The translations under genes and the position numbers were made by a program. From Macrostomum hystrix (taxonomy: Eukaryota > Animalia > Platyhelminthes), in assembly GCA_950097015.1 (NCBI GenBank), contig CATNEN010000025.1, positions 6,076,001 to 6,140,000 of the forward strand: a stretch of 64,000 nucleotides of DNA, written 5' to 3'. The notes beneath the pieces were generated by a model. The model saw only the letters and a program-made list of their open reading frames with translations, was not told the DNA's origin and searched no databases. Positions 40,301-52,300 of the stretch are shown here, one piece after another (within the stretch, counting starts at the first letter, position 1; every line of letters begins with the position of its first letter).

Positions 40301-43300
40301 AGTGCTAAGTTATCTACATGTACGTGTTGCATTATTAAAGTCACACTTCTTATCTAAAGCGGATGGTGTTAATAGTGACAGGTAAAGTTTGAACTCTTGT
40401 TTTCTGAAACTTCTAAAAATTTTACTCTCGAGATTTTTTCTCAAGTAATAGATTTCAAATAAACATGAAGAATTTTTCTCTTTGCAAGTTTTTTAATTCG
40501 CGCCAAAGTTTGTTAGAACTTTTGCGCCGTGATGTTGACTTTACAGATGCAGATGAAAGTTGTCCTCGACGACAAGACAAATTACGATAGCGTATGTGAA
40601 TTCAATATAGACAGAAGTGCAATTGCTAATGATGTAAATAAAATTTACAATTGTCCACTCATGGACAACCAGTATTAGAAGAATGTTGCATTCACGGTCT
40701 GTGGGAAATTCAATACATATACTTTAAACCCAAGATAAGAGCATTGGCTTTTTTTAACCAAAATTAATAATAATTAATAACTGATTACACCTGCCCCAAT
40801 TGGGCCAGATGTGCAGCCGACAGCACAGCCGCAGCCATTGCGCGGCGCATCTGAAGACTGCGTACAGCTGTTCAGTCCATGGACTGGGGGGACCCACACC
40901 CACCTTCAATTATCCCAGCTAATGCTGGTACCCATTCAACAGCTGGGTGACACAAACTGTTTCAGTGGAGTCGGGAATCGAACCCCCGATCTTCAAGTCG
41001 TGAGTCCGACGCCCTAACCACTAGGCTACACCCTCTTTAACCAAGGATTCAGTAAAATTGCATTGGATGAGATGCGAGAGCAATTGTAATTTTAAGTATC
41101 AGGCCCCCCACTGAAAAAAACTTTAACCCAAAATTACTTTCTTGCTTACACACGTCCTTCTATTACTGGTGGTCCAATTTGAGTGCATAGCTAGTGACCT
41201 CAAGAGTGACTCCAAGCATTGTGACAGGATAAATATGACAGAATTGACACTTAGCGTCGGGTGCTTTGGCAGTTGTAAATGCTAGAAATCTGTCATAAAG
41301 GTTTTGTAATAGAAGCCGGCCTAATCGCTGAGAATCGGATACCAAGTGAGGCTGGTTCAGAAGTGCTCTCTCGGCTGCTATCGATAGACGCCGCTTCATC
41401 GCTGAAGTCTTTCAGTGAAGCAAGCGCACCGACATCTGACTGACTGCCGTCGGACAAGTCTGCACTGCACCCAACTGTTGGATCTTTGGGTGCGTTTTTG
41501 ATCCAGAAGTTACAGTCTCAGAGCTACTACAGAGTCCTAGCCGACTAGTTCTGAATCACCAGGTGTAAATTCCACTCACTTCGGCATTTTTTATTGATAA
41601 ATAAGCCCGCAACCCATTGTTTAAGATTACGATGAAAAGGGTTACAGAAAGCAAGCACTTCTATATTTGATGGAATGCTAAGATATAAAACAGGTTTAGT
41701 TCCCGCATCCGCTAGAAATCACTCGCAAACTACCAATATACTACTGCAAGCAGTCTATAATGCAGTGCCAAAAACAAGCAAACAAAAAGTAATTAATTGC
41801 TATTAATTAAGCCATGCAAAACAATGCATTTGAGCTAAAGATATAGGAAAAAATCATATAATACTAATGCTAGGAAACGACTCAGGAAAAAGTAACGTGA
41901 TTCTCGAGTGACTCATCAGGAGGTAATCAACTTTTACTAAACTGCACATCTAGTATTTAAAGAGAAGAGAACTTCGTTAGTAATTTTGGCGCCAGTTTAA
42001 ATACTCATTTTCAGGCTAGAGAAAGCGATAAGAACTCACTTGGATCAGGGAAGTCCATGTCCATCTCTGGCAGCCTGCGAATCATCCGCTGGTGGTACCA
42101 GTCGTTGTAGATCTTGTCCATCGTTTCCATGACAACTCCGTAACTAATATGAATGATTGGGAGTGCAAGTAATTCGTTTTAAGCTTTTATATACGCTTGC
42201 ATATATGCTTGCATAAGGAAGGACAGTGTTAGTTAATCCAGTGACTACTAACTCAGAGGGGCGCAATGCGCTTGATTCGGGGAAAACAGTTGAAAAACGC
42301 TAACAGTACATTTGCGCTAAAAGTACTCGAGAAGTACAAAAGCACAAGTCTGTTTTCTAACAGTAGTAAGACCACGCGAAAATTTCAAATGCCTGCATTT
42401 TATTTTTTCCGTATCTCCTAAAATATTCAACCAATCGCAATGAATATCTCGACGATGTTGACTCTGAAATTCCCAGTGGGAAAAACAGCATGGTCTTCCT
42501 ACTGTTCTACTGTTCATCCATTGTATCATTTTGAAGGGCCTTTTGTGGTATACCAAAAAATGGCGGATTGTTGCATGCATTGAATACGCTTGAGGTCATT
42601 GACTGGCTACAGTGGCATGGCGGTAGTTGCCTCACCACATCAAGTGTTGCCTGGCCCTCAGCTCCGCTCTGGGCAGGTCAACGCCAAACGACACTCGATT
42701 CACCGCGGCAAACAACCGGCCGCTGAAATCCTCCCGCTTCGCCTGCCGATCCTCTTCCAGGCTGAGGATTCTGTCGCGTAGGCTGGACACACTCAGATCC
42801 CACTCGGGCGTTGGCTCAGCCGCGGCACCAGCGGCCGCAGCCTCGACATCCTTGTGCAGCCGTTTCAACAGATTCAGCGTGTCGAGGGTGCAGCTGAGGC
42901 GGGGATTTCTACGAAGGAAGATCTCCTGCTCGGTGATGTAGGCGTCTATGGGAGTCATCGGCCGCTCGGGCGCCTGCAAACGGTTACGACAGGTAGGTGG
43001 TTCAGGGAAACCAATGTTTTAAAGGACCAAGCTACCAAGGACCAAGCCACCAAGGCCCAAGCCACCAAGGCCCAAGCCACCAAGGCCCAAGCCACCAAGG
43101 ACCAAGCCACCAAGGCCCAAGCTACCAAGGCCCAAGCTACCAAGGACCAAGCTATCAAGGACCAAGCCACCAAGGCCCAAGCTACCAAGGCCCAAGCTAC
43201 CAAGGACCAAGCCACCAAGGACCAAGCCACCAAGGCCCAAGCTACCAAGGCCCAAGCTACCAAGGACCAAGCTATCAAGGACCAAGCCACCAAGGACCAA

Positions 43301-46300
43301 GCCACCAAGGAACAAGCAACCAAGGCCCAAGCCACCAAGACCCAAGCCAACCAAAGGACCAAGCTACCAAGGACAAAGCTACCAAGGACCAAGCTATCAA
43401 GGACCAAGCCACCAAGGACCAAGTCACCAAGGCCCAAGCTACCAAGGCCCAAGCTACCAAGGACCAAGCTACCAAGGACCAAGCCACTAAGGAACAAAAA
43501 ATCCATACGATGTTAGCCGTGTGAAACAATGATGCCTGTATGCAGCTCCAGCATTACACACGAACTAGTGAAATATTTTAGCTTTTAATGACAATTTAAA
43601 GGTCGGAGAGTACCCGATGTTGAGAGGGTTAGAAAATAGTCGAGGATTGCTATCCCTAAGACAGGGAAAAGCGAAAAATCACAGTCCTTCGTAAATCCCC
43701 AACGTCTTATATTCCCAAACGTCTTGGAATCCCCAAGGTCTTGGAATCCCCAAGGTCTTGGAATCCCCAAGGTCTTGGAATCCCCAAGGTCTTGGAATCC
43801 CCAAGGTCTTGGAATCCCCAAGGTCTTGGAATCCCCAAGGTCTTGGAATCCCCAAGGTCTTGGAATCCCCAAGGTCTTGGAATCCCCAAGGTCTTGGAAT
43901 CCCCAAGGTCTTGGAATCCCCAAGGTCTTGGAATCCCCAAGGTCTTGGAATCCCCAAGGTCTTGGAATCCCTAACGTCTTGGAATTCCTAAGGTCTTGGA
44001 ACCCCCGACGTTTTATAATCCAGATGTTGAAGCGAAGCCACCAAGGACCAAGCTACCAAGGACCAAGCTATCAAGGACCAAGCCACCAAGGCCCAAGCTA
44101 CCAAGGCCCAAGCTACCAAAGACCAAGCTACCAAGGACCAAGCTACCAAGGCCCAAGCTACCAAGGACCAAGCCACCAAGGCCCAAGCTACCAAGGCCCA
44201 AGCTACCAAGGACCAATTAAGCCACCAAGGCCCAAGCCACCAAGGACCAAGCCACCAAGGACTAAGCCACCAAGGACCAAGCCACCAAGGACTAAGCCAC
44301 CAAGGCCCAAGCCACCAAGGACCAAGCCACCAAGGACCAAGCCACCAAGGCCCAAGCCACCAAGGCCCAAGCTACCAAGTACCAAGCTATCAAGGACCAA
44401 GCCACCAAGGCCCAAGCTACCAAGGCCCAAGCTACCAAGGACCAAGCCACCAAGGACCAAGCCACCAAGGCCCAAGCTACCAAGGCCCAAGCTACCAAGG
44501 ACCAAGCTATCAAGGACCAAGCCACCAAGGCCCAAGCTACCAAGGCCCAAGCTACCAAGGACCAAGCTACCAAGGACCAAGCCACTAAGGAACAAAAAAA
44601 TCCATACGATGTTAGCCCACGGACTACTCAAGTAGATGTTAGCCCACGGACTATCTACTAGTGGTCCTTGTGTTAGCCGTGTGAAACAATGATGCCTGTA
44701 TGCAGCCCCAGCGTTACACACGAACTAGTGAAATATTTTAGTTTTTAATGACAATTTTAAGCACTGTAATCTAGAAAACGTCCTCCAAACTTGCCTGCAT
44801 TCCGTCTAGGATCTCGTCCAATAGCGCGGCGACAATCCTCGCCGCCGTCTGCCGCCGCAGCCGGGCCTCCAGCTCGGTCCGCTTGCCGGCCGTGGCGTCC
44901 TCCTGCACGGCGATGCCCCGCAGGGTGACAACCAGGCGTGCGCCGCCGCACACCACAGGCGTTGTCTCCAGCTGCCATTGCTCTGCAAACAAGCCCGGCT
45001 TGTCCGACTTGAAAATGAAGGGAAAGTGAAGCGACTCGCCAGGTAGGAGGGCGCCGCTGCCTGTGTCGAAGTAGAACCGGCGCGGATTCTCCTGGACTAG
45101 GCCAAAAGGATTCGCTTTTGGTAGCTTCTGCAAGCAAATGGGTTAGTTGCCGTGGCGCTGATGTAGTGTAAGCTGACAGTGTTTATTTAGAAGCCTATCG
45201 TCCTAAAACTCTTTTAACAAACCTTTCACCGCAAGCACCAAGCCAACAAGGACCAAGCCAACAAGGACCAAGCAACTACGGACCAAGCTACCTCGGACCA
45301 ATCCACTAAAGGAACAAGCTAGCAAGGAACAAGCTACCAACGAACAAGCTACCAAGGAACAAGCTACCAAGGAACAAGCTACCAAGGAACAAGCTACCAA
45401 GGAACAAGCTACCAAGGAACAAGCTACCAAGGAACAAGCTACCTCGGACCAATCCACTAAAGGAACAAGCTAGCAAGGAACAAGCTACCAAGGAACAAGC
45501 TACCAAGGAACAAGCTACCTCGGACCAATCCACTAAAGGAACAAGCTAGCAAGGAACAAGCTACCAAGGAACAAGCTACCAAGGAATAAGCTACACCAAG
45601 GACCAATCCACTAAGTAGCAAGTTACTAAGGACCAAGCTACCAAGGACCAAGCTACCAAGCACCAAGTCTTCAAAGATCTTAAAATTCTTTAAACAAACC
45701 TTCCACCGATAAAATAGTACAGTGGACCCGTCATTTTCAATGTTAAGACATTGCGAGGTCGGCTTGCCGGCTGGCGTCTCCAGGATGACGCGGGCCTCGA
45801 TGCCGACGGTGTCCTGGTAGGAGGTCGGGTCACCGAGCCAGCGGGCGGGCTGGCCGCCGAACAGCAGGGATGGTCCGACCACCAGTGTACCGTCGGGCGC
45901 TTGCCTGCGCATGGTCGGAATTAGAATGGGATTGGGAATTAGAAGAGATCGGTTGCCACCGGTGGTTGGAGAGTACCCGATGTTGAGAGGGTTAGAAAAT
46001 AGTCGAGGATTGCTATCCCTAAGACAGGGAAAAGCGAAAAATCACAGTCCTTCGTAAATCCCCAACGTCTTATATTCCCAAACGTCTTGGAATCCCCGAC
46101 GTCTTATATTCCCAAACGTCTTGGAATCCCCGACGTCTTATATTCCCAAACGTCTTGGAATCCCCGACGTCTTATATTCCCAAACGTCTTGGAATCCCCG
46201 ACGTCTTGGAATCCCCAACGTTTTGGAATCCCAAGGTCTTGGAATCCCCAAGGTCTTGGAATCCCTAAGCTCTTGGAATCCCCAAGGTCTTGCAATCCCT

Positions 46301-49300
46301 AAGCTCTTGGAATCCCTAAGGTCTTGGAATCCCCAAGGTCTTGGAATCCCCAAGGTCTTGGAATCCCCAAGGTCTTGGAATCCCCAAGGTCTTGGAATCC
46401 CCAAGGTCTTGGAATCCCCAAGGTCTTGGAATCCCCAAGGTCTTGGAATCCCCAAGGTCTTGGAATCCCCAAGGTCTTGGAATCCCCAAGGTCTTGGAAT
46501 CCCCAAGGTCTTGGAATCCCCAAGGTCTTGGAATCCCCAAGGTCTTGGAATCCCTAAGGTCTTGGAATCCCCAAGGTCTTGGAATCCCTAAGGTCTCGGA
46601 ATCCCCAAGGTCTTGGAATCCCCAAGGTCTTGGAATCCCCAAGGTCTTGGAATCCCCAAGGTCTTGGAATCCCCAAGGTCTTGGAATCCCCAAGGTCTTG
46701 GAATCCCCAAGGTCTTGGAATCCCCAAGGTCTTGGAATCCCCAAGGTCTTGGAATCCCTAAGGTCTTGGAATCCCCAAGGTCTTGGAATCCCTAAGGTCT
46801 TGGAATCCCCAAGGTCTTGGAATCCCTAAGGTCTCGGAATCCCCGACGTTTTATAATCCCGATGTCGAAGCGATCTTTTAATTTGAGTCATTAAATGGGA
46901 ACTTCGGATGATGGCAAAAACTACTATGAGGTGTAATATTTTAGCATTTTCAATGACAAAAGCAGTTACAATAATTAATAAATGTTTTTCTGCTGCTGTC
47001 CAAGTAAATTTTAGCAGCTGAAATACTAACTACAAGCTACCAAATAGCTTTGCAGAACTGACAACAGAGAGAACCGCTGCATAGAATGAGCTGGAGTGTG
47101 CTCAGATAGTGAACTCGGTACTATTAACTGGCTAAACGAAAAACACTTTAATCACAACACTTTGAGCATAGCAGTCAACAGTGCAGATATCGCTCGTAGC
47201 TTACTCACTATCATCCTGCTTCATGCTGGAAAGGGGTTGTAGGGTGCAATGTGGATAGGAAAAAAGAAAAAAATACTGATATTTTTTGGATTGAGCAAGC
47301 AAGTTTACTAAAAAAACTGTGCTTGAAAGAAATGTCTATAGAATTTTCCTCACTGTCGCTGAGTCGACTCACTCTGTCCTTGTGCTCCTCTCTATAACCT
47401 AATTCCCAATCATCCTCTCATCGTTCACCTGTCATCCCTAGACGCAGACTCTGGTCCACGACGCTCTCCGCCGGCAGCCGACGATAACGATGTTGAGGAC
47501 CGGCTAGGCCGGGTTGTCACCGACGGCGTCACAGCGGTGGTCGGCCTGGAACGGACCGTGGCGTGTCCCGCCCCGCCTGCCGCGGCAGATCTGCCAATCA
47601 CCTCCAAGCGGTCAAAGTCCGGCAGGTGCGGATCCAGCTCCTCCATGACCTGCCGCAGCTCGGTTGTGCGCCTCTCATAGAACGGACCTTTCCAAGGATA
47701 GCGACGGGTGGCCGCGCCGCCGCGGGTCGGCGTTGTTGGCACCCAGTAAAGGCCGCGCTCGGATCGAGCCAGGCGGGAGTGGCCAACGTGCTCCATGGGA
47801 GGCGGGTAGCCCTTCTCAGTTTGGGTCAGGGTGGCGCTGTGGGGAAGGTTGACAGATTTAATGAGAAGCATTGTGACAAGCATATAAAAATTTAACCGCC
47901 TTTTTTAAATAAAATCAACGTTTTTTACATGCCATTACTAACAGTAGCAATAGTGAAAAATTTTGTCCGAAAAATAAACATTTTAACTTCATAACTGTTT
48001 AAGTTTGACATACGCTCCAGAATGTGAGAAAACATAATTTAAACACGAATATTCACTAAAATACAACGAGTTTAACCAAAGTAGGCTGGATGCTATGATT
48101 TGAAATCTTACAGCAAACCAGAGGATGAACTCTCTGGCATCTTTAAATTCAAGCGCGCCTTCCTGTATGTTTGATTTAGATTGGATTAAAATGCTGACGT
48201 GAAAGCAATTTTTGACTCTATGATCATCTGAAGCAAGTCTTGCTTCAGGCTTGCTACGACTTTCAGCAATCAGCAAGTCTACTCACTGTATTCCGCTATC
48301 TTCATCGCCGATTCGTCCGGCTTGTTTCCAGAATTCGCTGCCGGCGCGATCTTGAATGAGTTGTTGAATAGACGGGGTGGTTTGTTATAAGTACACGCGG
48401 TGCTTGCATGACTTAGTAGATTGGGATTGGATGCTTCAATAACCACGCGATGCTTGCATGATTTAGTAGATTGGGATTGGATGCTTCAATGACCACGCGA
48501 TGCTTGCGTGATTTAGTAGAATGGGATTGGATGCTTCAATGACCACGCGGTGCTTGTGTGATTACGTAGAATGGGATTGGATGCTTCAATAACCACGCTG
48601 TGCTTGCGTGATTTAGTAGATTGGGATTGGATGCTTCAATAACCACGCGATGCTTGCGTGATTTAGTAGATTGGGATTGGATGTTTTAACAATCACGCGA
48701 TGCTCGCATGATCAAGTGGCTCAGAATAGCCAGTGTGGTTTTTAAGAACTCGAAACTTTTTGCGATCGAGCTAGGATTGATGGTCGTGGTTCGTGACCAT
48801 AAGAACGTTTCAGCCAATAAGAGCAATGGAGCGTGCTGCAGTTTAGTTAAAATTAGGTTTCCTAACAGACATTAAATAACTCCTTTTTATTTTTTTGATA
48901 AGTTATAATCATTAGACCATGAAAGGCACAAACTCACATCCTTTTCCGTAGTCGTAGAACGGTATGGCCCTATCAATTAGATGCTTCTCTTCGTGCAAAG
49001 TTCGCTCCTGCTCACCGGCGTTCATCACTAACTCGTTGGGTGGCCTATGCAGCAGCTCTGGGTGACGATGGTTGCAATAACTGGATTTGCGCTTTAAGAA
49101 CAACTTACAATCACGTACAAAAGTCATATAGGGCATCAAAAGCTTACTGGAAATGTATCCCTGCTGTCGCTTCCTCTCGGCCATCTGCCGCTCCCAGTTG
49201 CGCAGCGCGGCGCTCTCTTCAGCAGCCAAATCTTCCACGGGAAACGGAAATCCTGCCGTTGCCGGCTTTTTTGCGTACTTCACCGACAGCCGGCCGGTTG

Positions 49301-52300
49301 TGTCGCCGCCACCGCCGCCGCGGCCACCACCGCCGCTTCCGGCAAGTTGACGCGGCGTCTTGAAAGCCTCCGGCACTTCCGCCTGGTTGAGCTGGCCTTT
49401 GAGCACAGCCAGTCGATAAAACTCTTCCGGACTGCCGAGGATGCTGTGCGGAATCACTCGTCCCTGCTCGTCGAAGCGCGGCCCCATGTGGGTGGCGGCA
49501 TCGGCGTTCTTCAACGGAGCATCTGGCGGCGCCCGGCGTAACAGGCCGATGCGCTTCAGCGGTGGGCGGCGCTCGGCCTCCGGGATCTCGCGTCGAACAG
49601 CCACCTTCTGGTAGGCGGCTGCGGCGGCGGCAGCATCCGCTTCGGCTCGCTTTGCAATCTGGCGCAATAGGAATCGACAATACTTTTTTCAGTAACTAGG
49701 TAAGACATATCAATACTAGGCCTTCAATTAGATAAAAATTCTGTTGGACAACAGACCCATAGATTCAGTTGGACAACCAACCCATAGATTCAGTTGGACA
49801 ACCGACCCATAGATTCAGTTGGACAACCGACCCATAGATTCAGTTGGACAACCGACCCATAGATTCAGTTGGACAACCGACCCATAGATTCAGTTGGACA
49901 ACCGACCCATAGATTCAGTTGGACAACCGACCCATAGATTCAGTTGGACAATCGACCCATAGATTCAGTTGGACAACCGACCCATAGATTCAGTTGGACA
50001 ACCGACCCATAGATTCAGTTGGACAACCGACCCATAGATTCAGTTGGACAACCGACCCATAGATTCAGTTGGACAACCGACCCATAGATTCAGTTGGACA
50101 ACCGACCCATAGATTTTAAACTACTAGTGTAAGTAGCCGGACAGTTACTCACATTGACCAGATCCTCCTCCTTGATCTGAAGCTTAGCGATCTCCTCATT
50201 AAAGAGTACATTTCGCCGCTGCGTCTCGGACGTAGAGTTCGCGTCCTCCTCTTTGTCAGGCGAAATGCCGTCTCTTTTCTGTTTTTGCTTCTTGTCTGGA
50301 CGAAGCGAGTTTAGTTTGATACATTTAAATTTTATTAAGAGTAGATCAAAATAAGTAAATTTTGTGAGCAAGAGCCAAACTAGCTACTGACAAAAGTGAT
50401 ACAAGTAAGCATGGACGCATATCATTTCAGGAAAAACGAATAATAAAATTCTTCCCCCAATACAAAAGATAAAATGGACAATTTTAAGCTAGCATTTACC
50501 CGTTCAAATTCAACTCAAACAAGTAGTGAAACTTTTAATTTTAGTGATCTCAAACAAAAATTTCTCCTTATGCAGCTAATTTACCATTCCCTATTTCATC
50601 TTCCGACTCTTCGAGGATTCCTGCAACAGTTTCGGTGTTGGAAAAAAACATTCAGTTCCCAAAATCAATTGAAATCAGAGAGAAATGATATTAATCTACC
50701 TGAGTTGAGTGGCAGAGTGGTCTAACGCGTTTGCCTTTCGCACTGAGGTCCCTAAGCTCGATTCCTCTGCGAGGCTACATTTATTTGGGGCGCAGCCGCG
50801 GAGAGAAGGCTTGGGGGCAGGTCGTGCAATTTACGCCCTTCAGGGCCAACCTCCAAGGCACAGTGAGAGTGTATAAAGTGCCTGACGATGAGAAAGTCAG
50901 GGCAGATGTACACCAGTGTGAGTGTGTGCCTGTGTACAGTATCCGCTTGTGCTTGTGTGCCCAGTGACCATGGCCCTCGTGCAAGTAGTATTAATAATAA
51001 TTATAATTCTTTTTATTACTTGCAGGTATTGGACACCCCTTAGGTAGATGACAGCCTCTAACTCACATGTAATTGGCTAACATTCAGGTAGATTAAACAA
51101 TCTACGACTAATTTGACTGGTAGAATTAAGTCATCAGGTGATAGTTCATGTAGGCCATGCTCAGTTTATCAAATATAATATAGTGAGCATTGTCTGCTGA
51201 GAGACACACAGAGAAGCAAAACTAAAAAAATTATTTCATAAAAAGTCAGTGAAAACTCTAGGAAATAAATATGGATATGCATAGCCACACGCGACTGAGG
51301 TAGTGTTCCGGCTGTGAGAATGGATGAAAGAATCGCCGATAAGAAATGAAGTCTGAGTCGCAGCTCAACAATACAATGTCGTTCCGGAAGCGAGCCCGAT
51401 GAGAGTGAAAGTGTCACAGAATAGCAAACAGCAAAAAAGTACATTCAGGATGCAGCAACCGATGAGAGAAGGAAATTTCTCAAATTGTGAAGGAAAATAA
51501 ACTTGTCAAACATTTGTATACCATCGGGAATTTCTGCTTCCTTAGCAACCAGTTTCTCTGGAAGAAAGAACAAAAAAGCTTTTTGGGAAAAAATATTGTA
51601 AACGCGCTCAAATTCATAAAATTTAAATTCATTCTCTAAAACACTATATAACCTCCAATTTACAAAGACAAAGAATCAGAAGCACCGAATTAGTTAAAGA
51701 AATAAAGCAAGCAACTCACTTGGAGCCACAGAAACACGTCTACTGCTGCTACCTTGCTTAGACATGCCAATCAGTTCGATTGAAAAAAATATGTGCACAA
51801 TTTGAAAAGGCTTCACCTCGTTTAGAGAAAGACAAAAATGTGCAGAAATATTTAAATTTAAACTGGCGCCAAGAGCCCAGAAACTTGCTCACTGGTTGCT
51901 ACTACGGCAACGAGGGAGGGGTAGGACGCGAGAGTGAAAGAAGTGGTCACTAAATGGACATACGTGGGTCACTAGGCTAATTATGACCAGTTTTATTATA
52001 TTAGACTAGCCAAAAACCCCCCACCTGGCATTCAGCTTGAATCGCACACAGGTGCTTTCTCTTCGTATTAAGAGAATGCTGCAGTTTTTAGTACCTATTA
52101 TAATTTGCGTCGAATTTATTCTCTAAATTGCTCACATTATGAGACACTGCTCGTGCGCGAAAAAGTAGAAAGGAAAATCGACGGACTCTCGCTAAATCTC
52201 TCTTTCTCTCCAAGAGTCGTGCACCTGCGTAAGACAGGAAGCCTTACTGTCCTTATTGAAGCCTTGATAGTGATAAAGATCTATACATTAAGGAAAAAAA

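Noticed and set aside
40548-40592. Plus-strand exon-like segment TTTACAG|ATG..AGC|GTATGT (MQMKVVLDDKTNYDS)
   Set aside because: It is isolated, with no partner exons found for a nested antisense gene.
40975-41032. tRNA gene candidates (also 8740-8801, 50705-50770, ~54820, ~54950)
   Set aside because: A and B boxes are present but no complete cloverleaf or acceptor stem. They continue into SINE bodies or are fragments.
42122-42135. X-box-like GTTGTCATGGAAAC (minus strand)
   Set aside because: It lies inside a coding exon (V-V-M-E-T), with no promoter context.
42854-46829. Collagen-like or repeat-protein ORFs (QGPSYQGPSH, TKDQA, ESPRSWNPQGLGIPK)
   Set aside because: They are translations of 15- and 17-bp intronic minisatellites antisense to MYCBPAP.
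47209-47398. Candidate MYCBPAP micro-exons of 17 nt (47225-47209) and 26 nt (~47398-47373)
   Set aside because: The splice signals look good, but inclusion alone or together breaks frame or adds a stop. Direct 47429-45904 splicing is in phase.
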